A stretch of 64,000 nt of DNA from Candidatus Omnitrophota bacterium (GTDB taxonomy: Bacteria > Omnitrophota > Gorgyraeia > Gygaellales > Profunditerraquicolaceae): the NCBI GenBank assembly GCA_028715415.1, contig JAQURX010000007.1, positions 11,898 through 75,897 on the forward strand, written 5' to 3'. Both the position numbers and the translations under genes were made by a program. The notes beneath the pieces were generated by a model. The model searched no databases, was not told where the DNA came from, and saw only the letters and a list, made by a program, of their open reading frames with translations. Numbering within the stretch: the stretch's first letter is position 1; every line of letters begins with the position of its first letter. This document shows, piece by piece, positions 55,519 through 64,000 of this stretch.

Positions 55519-58329
55519 ATGGACTACAAAGATACTTTAAATTTACCTAAAACTGATTTTCCGATGAAAGCGGATCTTCCTAAACGCGAGCCGCTTTTAT
55601 TAAAGGAATGGTACGATCAGGATCTTTATAGAAAGATTATCGATAAGTCTACAGGCAAGCCAAAATACGTTTTGCATGATGGGCCGCCTTATGCAAATGG
55701 CGACATCCATATTGGGCATGCTTTAAATAAAACTCTGAAAGATATTATCATAAAATATAAAACAATGCAGGGGTTTGATTCTCCATATGTTCCGGGATGG
55801 GATTGCCACGGGCTTCCTATTGAACATCAGCTATTTAAAGAACTAAAAATCAGCAAATATCAGATTTCACAGGTTGAATTTAGAAAGAAAGCCTATGATT
55901 ATGCCTTGAAATATGTCGCAAATCAAAAAGAGCAATTTAAGCGTTTAGGTGTTTTCGGCGATTGGGAGAATCCCTATTTGACTTTAAGCCGTGATTATGA
56001 AGAGGCGATAGTTACTTCTTTTAATGAATTGTTTAAGAAGGGCTACATTAAGCGTGGGCTTAAGCCTGTTAACTGGTGCTTTAAGTGTGAAACTGCGCTT
56101 GCTGAAGCAGAGGTGGAATATGAAAATCATACCTCGCCATCTATATTTGTAAAATTCAAATTAGAGGAATCAAAAGATTTTTCCTCTGATAGCTACTTGC
56201 TTATCTGGACGACTACGCCTTGGACGCTGATTGCTAATGTTGCGGTAGCAGTGCATCCTGATTTCATGTATTCTTATATTAAGACAGATAAGGGAAATTT
56301 AATTGTTGCAAGCGAGCTTTTAAGTAATGTGCTGGGAAAAGCAGGAATTGAAAATTACGAATTAATAAAAGAATTATTAGGAAAAGACTTGGAAGGTTTA
56401 TCTTATCAACATCCTTTTGGATTAAGAAAAGGAAAAGTAGTTTTAGCTCCTTATGTCTCAAGAGAAGAGGGAAGCGGGTTGGTGCATACGGCTCCGGGAC
56501 ACGGCGCAGAGGATTATCTTACAGGCATAAAATATAAGTTGGAAATTGTAATGCCGGTTGACTCGCGCGGTAAATTTGATCAAAGCGCTGGAGAGTTCGC
56601 AGGCCTGAATGTTTATGATGCTAATAAATTAATTTTAGAAAAATTACTTAGTTTAAATGCACTTCTTTGGTCGGGCTCTATTCAGCATTCCTATCCTCAT
56701 TGCTGGCGCTGCAAGAATCCGATTATATTCCGTGCCACAAAACAGTGGTTCTTGATAATTGACCACAATGATTTAAGGAAAAAACTTACCCAGGCAATAG
56801 ACAAAGATGTGACTTGGATACCATCTGCTGGTCGAGAAAGAATTTCTGCGATGGTGGGCTTAAGGCCGGATTGGTGTTTGTCACGCCAGCGCTATTGGGG
56901 GGTGCCTGTCCCGGCATTGGTTTGTGAAGAATGCAAAGAAGAATTTTTTGATGCAAGCGTAATAGAGAAGTTTGCAAAATTCTGCCAGGCAGAGGGCTCT
57001 GATTCCTGGTTTATAAAAGATGTTAAAGAATTTCTTCCGCAGGATTTAGTTTGCCCGGTTTGTAAAAAAGGAAAAACTTTTTCTAAGGGCGCGGATATTT
57101 TGGATGTTTGGTTTGATTCGGGAGTCAGCAGCCAGGCAGTATTAAAAAAGAGGCCTGAATTAGGAGGAAGCCCTGCCGCATTATACCTTGAAGGCTCTGA
57201 TCAGCATAGAGGATGGTTCCAGTCTTCATTAATTCCTTCAATGTGCATTGATAACCACCCGCCGTTTAAAAATGTATTAACTCATGGTTTTGTGGTAGAC
57301 GGAATGGGTAGGAAAATGTCAAAGTCTTTGGGCAATGTAATTTCTCCTTTTGATATCATCAAAGATTATGGAGCAGATATCTTGAGGATTTGGGTAGCTT
57401 CAAGCGATTATAATGAGGATATCCGTATCTCTAAAGAAATACTCACCCGGCTTTCAGAAGCTTATAGAAAAATCAGGAATACCGCGAAATTTATCTTAAG
57501 TAACCTTTATGATTTTAATCCTGAGGTTGATAAAGTAAAATTAGAAGAATTAAGAAAAATAGACAAATGGATATTATTTGGTGCAGAGCGTTTGGTTTTA
57601 GAGAAAGTAAACAAGGCTTATGATAATTTTGAGTTTTATAAGGCATTTCAGGCAATATATGAATTCTGCAATATAGAATTATCCACTTTTTACTTGGATA
57701 TGGTTAAGGGAAGGCTTTATACGTATGCTGCTAAATCCATTGAAAGAAGGGCTTCCCAAACTGCTATGCATGAAGTGCTTAATGTTTTGGTTAGGGTTAT
57801 GGCTCCGATCTTAGTCTTTACTGCGGATGAAATCTGGAAGAGCATGCCTAAAGAGGAAAAATTAAAAATAATTTCTAGCGTCCATCTTTTGGATTGGCCG
57901 TTTGGAAAATCAGAGAGCAGCTTATATGGCAAGGGAAAAGATGCTTTTGAAGAATTAACTCCGATTATTTCATTGGTTTCCGATGTTACCGAGAAATTAG
58001 AAGAGAAACGTTCTCAGGGCTTAATCGGAAGTTCTTTTGATGCAAGAATAATTCTGTTGACAAAAGACCAAAACCGTTATAAATATTTATACGGCTTAAA
58101 AGATGACTTATTGGAGATTTTTAAGGTTTCCGAAGTGGTAGTTGAGAAAAAAGAAGAGTTGGAAGCCTCTTTAATAGGTAAATCATTCCCAGATGTCGGA
58201 ATTGTTGTAGAAAAAGCTCTTGGAGAAAAATGTGCCCGCTGCTGGAATTACAAAGATTCAGTAGGTAAGCTTAAAGAGCATCCTTTGATTTGCGAGAGTT
58301 GCTTTAAGGCTTTAGCGAGAGGAGTATAA
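55519..58329 (+). CDS. ileS: isoleucine--tRNA ligase
   Basis: HIGH ([11 protein letters not shown]), KMSKS (KMSKSLGN), an editing domain, and a C-terminal Zn finger CxxC...CxxC. Confidence 0.95.
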   Translation: MDYKDTLNLPKTDFPMKADLPKREPLLLKEWYDQDLYRKIIDKSTGKPKYVLHDGPPYANGDIHIGHALNKTLKDIIIKYKTMQGFDSPYVPGWDCHGLPIEHQLFKELKISKYQISQVEFRKKAYDYALKYVANQKEQFKRLGVFGDWENPYLTLSRDYEEAIVTSFNELFKKGYIKRGLKPVNWCFKCETALAEAEVEYENHTSPSIFVKFKLEESKDFSSDSYLLIWTTTPWTLIANVAVAVHPDFMYSYIKTDKGNLIVASELLSNVLGKAGIENYELIKELLGKDLEGLSYQHPFGLRKGKVVLAPYVSREEGSGLVHTAPGHGAEDYLTGIKYKLEIVMPVDSRGKFDQSAGEFAGLNVYDANKLILEKLLSLNALLWSGSIQHSYPHCWRCKNPIIFRATKQWFLIIDHNDLRKKLTQAIDKDVTWIPSAGRERISAMVGLRPDWCLSRQRYWGVPVPALVCEECKEEFFDASVIEKFAKFCQAEGSDSWFIKDVKEFLPQDLVCPVCKKGKTFSKGADILDVWFDSGVSSQAVLKKRPELGGSPAALYLEGSDQHRGWFQSSLIPSMCIDNHPPFKNVLTHGFVVDGMGRKMSKSLGNVISPFDIIKDYGADILRIWVASSDYNEDIRISKEILTRLSEAYRKIRNTAKFILSNLYDFNPEVDKVKLEELRKIDKWILFGAERLVLEKVNKAYDNFEFYKAFQAIYEFCNIELSTFYLDMVKGRLYTYAAKSIERRASQTAMHEVLNVLVRVMAPILVFTADEIWKSMPKEEKLKIISSVHLLDWPFGKSESSLYGKGKDAFEELTPIISLVSDVTEKLEEKRSQGLIGSSFDARIILLTKDQNRYKYLYGLKDDLLEIFKVSEVVVEKKEELEASLIGKSFPDVGIVVEKALGEKCARCWNYKDSVGKLKEHPLICESCFKALARGV

Positions 58330-58330
58330 A

Positions 58331-58714
58331 TTGAGAAAGAAATTCAATAAGAAAGAACTTGCGGAGTTTAAGAAGCTGATTATAAAAAGGAAAGAAGAGG
58401 CATTGGATGATATCCAACATATATCCGATGACACTTTAAAAAAATCGCAGAAAGAAGCATCCGGAGATATATCCGGATATACATATCATATGGCTGATGT
58501 TGCTACAGATTCTTATGATAGAGAGTTTTCTCTCGGGATAGCTTCAAACGAAAGAAAAATGATTTACGAGCTTGACGATGCTTTAAAAAGAATTGAAGAT
58601 GGTACATTCGGGATTTGTGAAGACTGCAAGTCTGCGATTGCCAAAACAAGGCTAAAAGCAGTCATTACTGCCCGCCTTTGCGTTAAGTGTAAGGAAAAAA
58701 GGGAGAAAAAGTAA
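58331..58714 (+). CDS. DksA/TraR-family C4 zinc-finger protein (TTG start)
   Basis: C-terminal CEDCKSAI...CVKC four-Cys finger, with a coiled-coil N-terminus. Confidence 0.75.
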   Translation: MRKKFNKKELAEFKKLIIKRKEEALDDIQHISDDTLKKSQKEASGDISGYTYHMADVATDSYDREFSLGIASNERKMIYELDDALKRIEDGTFGICEDCKSAIAKTRLKAVITARLCVKCKEKREKK

Positions 58715-58727
58715 TTTTTTCTTTCCG

Positions 58728-59159
58728 ATGATTCAAATCATCGTAATATCCGTCCTTTTTTTAGACCAACTCACAAAATTTCTTGTTGTTAAAAATCTTG
58801 CCTTGGGTAGTTCTATCCCCATAATCAACGGGATTTTCCATCTAAGCCTTGTCCATAATAAGGGAGCCGCCTTTGGAATCTTAAAGAATCAGGTTCCGTT
58901 TTTAATCGCCACTTCTTTATTTACCATTATTTTATTTTATTTCGCCTTAAAGGATAATAAGCATAAAATATTTTACTGTGTATCTTTAAGCCTTGTTTTG
59001 GCGGGTGCTCTTGGTAATCTCATTGACAGGGTGCGTGTCGGATATGTCATAGATTTCCTTGATTTTCGCATCTGGCCTGTATTTAATATCGCTGACAGCG
59101 CGATAACTATCGGAGCTGTAATGTTGGGGTGGTCTATATTAACGGAGAAAGAAAAGTAG
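58728..59159 (+). CDS. lspA: lipoprotein signal peptidase II
   Basis: Four-TM protein with NKGAAFG and FNIADSAI motifs, in ileS-lspA synteny. Confidence 0.9.
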   Translation: MIQIIVISVLFLDQLTKFLVVKNLALGSSIPIINGIFHLSLVHNKGAAFGILKNQVPFLIATSLFTIILFYFALKDNKHKIFYCVSLSLVLAGALGNLIDRVRVGYVIDFLDFRIWPVFNIADSAITIGAVMLGWSILTEKEK

Positions 59160-59165
59160 TTCCAA

Positions 59166-59237
59166 GTTTCAAGTTGCAAGTTTCAGGTTTCAAGCATTTA
59201 ATCTTGAACCTTGAAACTTGAAACTTGAATCTTGAAA
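59166..59237. repeat. long imperfect hairpin built from heptamer repeats: 4x GTTTCAAG-like units, loop catttaat, 5x CTTGAAAC-like units
   Basis: gtttcaag ttgcaag tttcagg tttcaag | catttaat | cttgaac cttgaaac ttgaaac ttgaat cttgaaac. It lies between lspA and lgt and is related to the 54605-54633 array. Confidence 0.65.
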
Positions 59238-59248
59238 CGGAGTTTAGT

Positions 59249-59983
59249 ATGTTTCCAGAAATTTGTACAATAGGCCCGTTTACTTTATATTCTTTCGGCT
59301 TGATGCTTGTGCTTGCTTTTTTAGTAAGTGCATCTTTGGCAAGCATTGAGGCAAAAAGAGAGAAGATCGACCCGGATGTAATATTCAATGTTTGTTTTGT
59401 AGGGTTTATTTTCGGAGTTTTGGGAAGCCGCATTTTCTATGTAATTGCTAATTTCAAGTTTTATCTAAATAATCCCCTTGAAATATTTATGCTTAACCAT
59501 GGCGGGATGGCCTGGTTTGGCGGTTTAATTTTAGGTTCATTTGCCTCGGTTATCTACATAAAGAAGAAAAAACTTTCTTTGCTTAAAATTTTAGATTTGA
59601 TTGCTCCGTTTATTGCGCTTGCTCAGGCTATCGGCAGGATAGGGTGCTTATTAAATGGCTGTTGTTATGGCAAGGTAGGCTTTGGCTTTGGAATTTATTT
59701 TAAAGTACACGACGCAGTCCTTATCCCTACTCAGCTATATTCTTCTCTGGCGTTGCTTCTAATTTATTTTATCCTAAGGTTTCTGCAGAATAAACCACAC
59801 AAGACAGGGTTAATATTCTTTGTATACCTTTTATTATATTCTGTAAAACGGTTCTCTATTGAATTCTTGCGTGATGATAACGCAAGAATTATTTCTGGGC
59901 TTACGTTGTTTCAATTATTAAGCATTGCGGTTTTTTGCATTGCGATTGCAGGGATTATAATAAAATGGAAGAATACTCGATAA
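59249..59983 (+). CDS. lgt: prolipoprotein diacylglyceryl transferase
   Basis: N-terminus MFPEICTIGPFTLYSFGLM and the Lgt multi-TM profile. The ATG at 59249 (GGAG 8 nt upstream) is preferred over the in-repeat TTG at 59225. Confidence 0.85.
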   Translation: MFPEICTIGPFTLYSFGLMLVLAFLVSASLASIEAKREKIDPDVIFNVCFVGFIFGVLGSRIFYVIANFKFYLNNPLEIFMLNHGGMAWFGGLILGSFASVIYIKKKKLSLLKILDLIAPFIALAQAIGRIGCLLNGCCYGKVGFGFGIYFKVHDAVLIPTQLYSSLALLLIYFILRFLQNKPHKTGLIFFVYLLLYSVKRFSIEFLRDDNARIISGLTLFQLLSIAVFCIAIAGIIIKWKNTR

Positions 59984-60894
59984 AAGTTTTACCGGAAGAT
60001 TCAATAAGAAGGCTTGATTTATTTATTGCTGATTTTTCCCAGAAGAATAAGCTTGGGTTTTCGCGGGAGGCTATCAAGAAACTGATTTCCGGGGGAGCTG
60101 TTAGCTTGAATGGTTCCAATCAATTAAAGCCTCACCATAAGATTAAAGACGGGGATTTAATTAAGATTACTATTGTTGATAAGAAAGAATCTTCGTTGGA
60201 TGGGGAAAACATACCCCTTGATATAATTTATGAAGATGAAGATTTGGCGATAATAAATAAACAATGCGGGCTTGTAGTGCATCCTGCACCGGGTAATTAC
60301 GAACATACTATGGTTAATGCACTTTTACATCATTTTAAGAATCTATCAAGCGTTGATATTAAGCGCCCCGGAATTGTGCATAGGCTTGATAAAGATACTT
60401 CCGGATTAATTGTGATTGCCAAGAATAATAACGCGCATTTAGCTTTAGTGTCTCAATTTGCCGAACACAGTATTAAGCGTAAATATGTTGCACTAGTAAA
60501 AGGGAAAATGGAGTTTGATGAAGGCGTAATTGAACTTCCCATCGGAAGGCATCCTTTTAAGCGAAAAAGCATGGCTGTTGTTTTTAGGGATGATGCAAGA
60601 GAGGCAAAAACATTTTATAGGACTATTAAGCGAAGCGAGGTTTTTAGCCTTTTAGAGTTAGAGCCGTTTACCGGCAGGACCCATCAATTAAGAGTGCATC
60701 TTTCTCATCTGGGACACCCGATTTTAGGGGATACAAAATACGGAAAAAATAATAAGTTTGAACGGCTTGCTCTTCACGCAAGATATTTAGGATTTATCCA
60801 TCCTTCTACAGGAAAATTTGTAGAATTTTCAACTGCAATACCAGAAGAATTCAATAAGATCTCCAAAGACTTAACTCCCAAAAATAAATCTTGA
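59965..60894 (+). CDS. rluD: RluA-family 23S rRNA pseudouridine synthase (RluD-like, S4 domain + catalytic domain)
   Basis: HRLDKDTSGL catalytic Asp motif. The start was moved to the ATG at 59965 (MEEYSIKV), and the gene overlaps the lgt stop. Confidence 0.8.
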   Translation: MEEYSIKVLPEDSIRRLDLFIADFSQKNKLGFSREAIKKLISGGAVSLNGSNQLKPHHKIKDGDLIKITIVDKKESSLDGENIPLDIIYEDEDLAIINKQCGLVVHPAPGNYEHTMVNALLHHFKNLSSVDIKRPGIVHRLDKDTSGLIVIAKNNNAHLALVSQFAEHSIKRKYVALVKGKMEFDEGVIELPIGRHPFKRKSMAVVFRDDAREAKTFYRTIKRSEVFSLLELEPFTGRTHQLRVHLSHLGHPILGDTKYGKNNKFERLALHARYLGFIHPSTGKFVEFSTAIPEEFNKISKDLTPKNKS

Positions 60895-60996
60895 TTTTTA
60901 CGTAACTTTTGATATAGTAAGGGTTAAAGAAAATTATTCTACTTATTTGATAAAGTATCAATTTACCCGTCGAAAACGGGGTCATCGGGAGGATAA

Positions 60997-61866
60997 ATGA
61001 ATAAAAAAGCTGGTGCTCCAGTAATTATCTTAATCGTATTAATAATTATTTCATTAGCTTTGGCTGGCGGCGGTTTTTATTATTATTCGCTTGAGAAGAA
61101 AAAAAGTACCGATCTTGAAGAGAAGTTAGAAGAAGTACAAACAAGGCAGAGGATTACTGAAACGAAGCTTAAGGATTCAGAAAAGCTTATTTCTGATTTA
61201 AAATCAAAATTAGATGAATCTTCCAAGAAAGTCGAGGCGTTAACCGGAGACCTTGAAAAAGAAAAGGCTGCGGGAGAAGAAGCGTTGGCTAAGCTTGAGC
61301 AGATAAAAGCCGACTTGGATCAGCAAAAGTCTTTGCGAGCTGATTTAGAGAAGAAATTTGAAGAATCTCAGGATGACGCAAAGAAGATGCAAGATCAATT
61401 AAAAACCATTGAATCTCAGAAGGCAGATTTAGAATTAAAAGTTAAAGACTTAGAATCAAAATCGCAGGTAGAGCTTGGTAAAATTGTTGTTAACCCTGAG
61501 CCGCCCGCTCCTACAAAAGGGAAGGCGAAAAAAGAAAAAGCTCCTAAAAAAGAGAAAGCTCCAAAGGCAGAAAAAGCAAAGCCAGCCCCTGCTAAGGAGA
61601 AAACAAAAGAAACAGTTTCCGATAAACAGGGTTTGACAGGAAATATTTTAGTTGTAAATAAGGATTATAATTTTGCCGTTGTTAGCCTTGGGACAAAAGA
61701 TGGCATTGAAGTAGGGCAGGTATTTTCAATTTATCGCGGTAATAAATATTTAGGCGATGTAAAAGTTGAGAAGGTGCACGAGACAATGGCTGCAGCTGGT
61801 TTTATGTCCGACGATCTTAAGAATAAGGTTGGCGAAGGCGATAAGGCTGTACAGAAGCTTAAATGA
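60997..61866 (+). CDS. hypothetical membrane-anchored coiled-coil protein (N-terminal TM, long coiled coil, Lys/Pro-rich linker, small C-terminal beta domain)
   Basis: TM helix VIILIVLIIISLALAGGGFYYY, heptad-rich LEEVQTRQR...DLELKVKDLESK, a KKEKAPKKEKAPK low-complexity stretch, and the C-terminus NILVVNKDYNFAVVSLGTKDGIEVGQVFSIY. Confidence 0.55.
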   Translation: MNKKAGAPVIILIVLIIISLALAGGGFYYYSLEKKKSTDLEEKLEEVQTRQRITETKLKDSEKLISDLKSKLDESSKKVEALTGDLEKEKAAGEEALAKLEQIKADLDQQKSLRADLEKKFEESQDDAKKMQDQLKTIESQKADLELKVKDLESKSQVELGKIVVNPEPPAPTKGKAKKEKAPKKEKAPKAEKAKPAPAKEKTKETVSDKQGLTGNILVVNKDYNFAVVSLGTKDGIEVGQVFSIYRGNKYLGDVKVEKVHETMAAAGFMSDDLKNKVGEGDKAVQKLK

Positions 61867-63182
61867 GTTTTTTTGTTGTAAAGCCGCTTTCACGTATCAA
61901 GGGAATTGTTGATTTACCCGGTGATAAATCAATAGCCCACCGCGCGATTATCTTAAGCGCAATTGCAAAAGGCAAAACGCTCGTAAAGAATTTCCCTCTT
62001 AATAAAGATTGCCTAAGCACTATAGAAGCTATTCGTAAATTAGGCGTTAGAATTATAAAAAAAGAAAAAGATTTTGTTGTTTCAGGAAAAGGGCTTTCGG
62101 GGTTAACTAAACCTAAAAGCCCTATTTTTATTGAAGAGTCTGGGACTACTTTTAGGCTCTTCTTAGGCCTTCTTGCCGGCCAATCGTTCCAAACTACTCT
62201 TATAGCAGGTAAATCGCTTTCTAATCGTCCGATGCTGCGTGTCAATGCCCCGTTAAGATTGATGGGGGCTAAAATTTGCGCTAACGAAAAGAAGCAAGCA
62301 GGTAAGCCCGAAGATTATCCTCCGATTGTAATTAATGGTGGGAAACTTAAACCAATTGAATACAGCCTCCCAGTTGCCTCTGCGCAGGTAAAGTCAGCGC
62401 TACTTTTGGCTGCGCTATATGCAAAAGGTGAAACTAAGATTATTGAACCGGTTAATACGAGGGATCATACTGAACGCATGCTTAAGATGTTTAAGGCAGA
62501 TATTGAAACTCAAGGCAGCGTAATATCTTTAAAAGGCGGAAGAGAATTAGAGTCTCCGAATGAAGTCTTTTGTCCCGGAGACATATCTTCTGCAAGTTTT
62601 TTTATTGTTGCATCCATAGTCCTTCCTGATTCTGAAATATTAATAAAAAATGTTTGTTTAAATCCTTCGCGCCTTGGAGTTATCAATGTATTAAAAAGAA
62701 TGGGTGTGGATATTGAAATTAATGAATTAAGAGGCGAGGAATTTGAACCTATAGGTGATTTATTGGCAAAAAGCAGCAATCTAAAAAGCACTATTATCAA
62801 GAAAGAGGAAATTCCTACCTTGATAGATGAACTTCCTGTTTTGATGGTTGCAGCTTCGTTTGCAAAAGGAAAAAGTGTTTTTGAAGGAGTTGAAGAGCTG
62901 CGTGTTAAAGAAACTGACCGGATACAATCAATGTGTGATGGCCTTAAAAAGATGGGTGTTGATATCTTCGTTGTAAAATCTGCAAGTAGAGAAGATGTAG
63001 TTATAAATGGTGGAAATAAACTTAAGGGCAATGAAGTAAGAAGTTTTGGCGACCATCGCACTGCGATGAGTTTGATTATTGCTGGGCTTGCAGCAGATGG
63101 AGAAACCCGCATAGATGATGTTTCTTGTATTGATAAATCCTTCCCTGATTTCTTAAAAATTCTAAAGAATATAACTAAGTAA
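61863..63182 (+). CDS. aroA: 3-phosphoshikimate 1-carboxyvinyltransferase (EPSP synthase)
   Basis: LPGDKSIAHRAIILSAIAKG N-terminal motif; ~440 aa. Confidence 0.9.
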   Translation: MSFFVVKPLSRIKGIVDLPGDKSIAHRAIILSAIAKGKTLVKNFPLNKDCLSTIEAIRKLGVRIIKKEKDFVVSGKGLSGLTKPKSPIFIEESGTTFRLFLGLLAGQSFQTTLIAGKSLSNRPMLRVNAPLRLMGAKICANEKKQAGKPEDYPPIVINGGKLKPIEYSLPVASAQVKSALLLAALYAKGETKIIEPVNTRDHTERMLKMFKADIETQGSVISLKGGRELESPNEVFCPGDISSASFFIVASIVLPDSEILIKNVCLNPSRLGVINVLKRMGVDIEINELRGEEFEPIGDLLAKSSNLKSTIIKKEEIPTLIDELPVLMVAASFAKGKSVFEGVEELRVKETDRIQSMCDGLKKMGVDIFVVKSASREDVVINGGNKLKGNEVRSFGDHRTAMSLIIAGLAADGETRIDDVSCIDKSFPDFLKILKNITK

Positions 63183-63187
63183 AAAAA

Positions 63188-63652
63188 GGTTCCGCGTCTG
63201 CCTTGTCTTCTGTTTTCTCGGGGACGCTTATTTTGCCCCTGCGAGGCAAAATTTCGCTCCCCTGCGGTGCCTCGCTCTGCCTACTTTCTATTTAGCTGGG
63301 CATCCGTGCCCGCTCGGCATCCTCGGAGGCCCCGATAAAACAAAAGCCAAGCCATCCGCTGAAACAGATTATCTATAGCTTTATGGTTTTTGCGGACGGC
63401 ACATTAGAAGATTTTTGGCACAGCTACTAACACTAGTGCGCAAGGATTTACGAGGAGCGGAGGACAGCTACAAGAGAACGCTAAGCCGTAGCGACGAAGT
63501 AAACCGCAGCGCACGGCAAAAATCTTCAGTGCCGGAAGCGAAAACCATAAAGCAAAAGTATAAAGAGCGGTGCTGCGAGAAACAGCCCAGCGAGGGCGCA
63601 CTTGCCAATCCGATATGGCAAGGTGCAAGACAAGGCAGACGCGGAACTACTA
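63188..63652. repeat. GC-rich composite repeat element, copy C (core 63437-63536 in + orientation; 22-bp terminal inverted repeats ttccgcgtctgccttgtcttc / gcaagacaaggcagacgcggaa)
   Basis: The core is ~88% identical to 10422-10523. Both ends carry the gacaaggcagacgcg module in inverted orientation, giving a MITE-like architecture. The element is GC-rich within an AT-rich genome. Confidence 0.8.
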
Positions 63653-63672
63653 TTTTTTAAGTAAGTTTTTAT

Positions 63673-63701
63673 TTGACATAGGGTTTAATCTCTGGTAGAA
63701 T
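63673..63701 (+). promoter_or_regulatory. sigma70-type promoter (TTGACA-N17-TAGAAT) for mreB
   Basis: Consensus hexamers ~50 nt upstream of the mreB ATG. Confidence 0.55.
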
Positions 63702-63743
63702 CCTTAAAATACAGGTAAACTGAATTTATCTGCCTTTCATTAA

Positions 63744-64000
<257 letters not shown>

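Noticed and set aside
59225-59248. lgt start at the TTG at 59225.
   Set aside because: That TTG sits inside the CTTGAAAC repeat hairpin. The ATG at 59249 has a GGAG RBS and yields the canonical Lgt N-terminus.

Overview
This window is a 64-kb chromosomal segment from an AT-rich bacterium. Its coding regions are in roughly the mid/high-30s percent GC (estimated by eye), it is densely packed, and it is almost entirely housekeeping.

Reading left to right, the window contains:
- 1-10 kb: rsfS (5' partial), argS, recJ, rpmB on the minus strand, and an AddA/AddB-type helicase-nuclease pair.
- 10-12.6 kb: an accessory-looking stretch with a GC-rich repeat element, a Lys-rich secreted protein, a 53-aa small ORF and a secreted DUF-like protein.
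- 12.6-21.5 kb: rpsO-pnp behind a consensus sigma70 promoter, then ftsK, rodZ, rimO, pgsA and pgpA on the plus strand, with thpR and cinA/pncC on the minus strand.
- 21.5-26.4 kb: a riboflavin operon behind an FMN riboswitch and attenuator, in the order ribBA-ribH-nusB-PHP phosphoesterase-ribD-ribE.
- 26.3-34.5 kb: a long bidirectional terminator, tRNA-Pro(CGG), acyP, a metallophosphoesterase, ligA, a lipoprotein, an MBL hydrolase, xerD, cca, rbfA, nrnA and a DUF2934 mini-protein.
- 34.9-35.9 kb: ribF.
- 35.9-52.9 kb: a complete dcw cluster that ends at ftsA with no ftsZ. The order is mraZ (with consensus promoter and GTGG-N6 x3 operator), rsmH, ftsL, ftsI, murE, murF, mraY, murD, ftsW, murG, an inserted HEXXH metallopeptidase, murC, murB, ddl, ftsQ, ftsA.
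- 53-64 kb: yggS, proC, mtnP, ileS, dksA/traR, lspA, lgt, rluD, a coiled-coil membrane protein, aroA and the start of mreB.

The most unusual content is non-coding. Three copies (about 10.09-10.58 kb, 34.50-34.93 kb and 63.19-63.65 kb) of a roughly 430-490 bp GC-rich composite repeat sit in intergenic DNA. They share a ~100-bp core with dyad symmetry and a GACAAGGCAGACGCG terminal module. In two copies the core is bracketed by perfect 13-15 bp inverted repeats and lies in opposite orientation. The third copy has 22-bp terminal inverted repeats, which makes it look like a MITE.

Other oddities:
- TTGAAAC heptamer arrays at two intergenic sites, one of them a long hairpin built from both orientations.
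- A nested double-hairpin element between ftsA and yggS.
- A PHP phosphoesterase embedded in the rib operon.
- Degenerate motifs in ArgS (HIGH motif) and in the AddB-like protein (Walker A).
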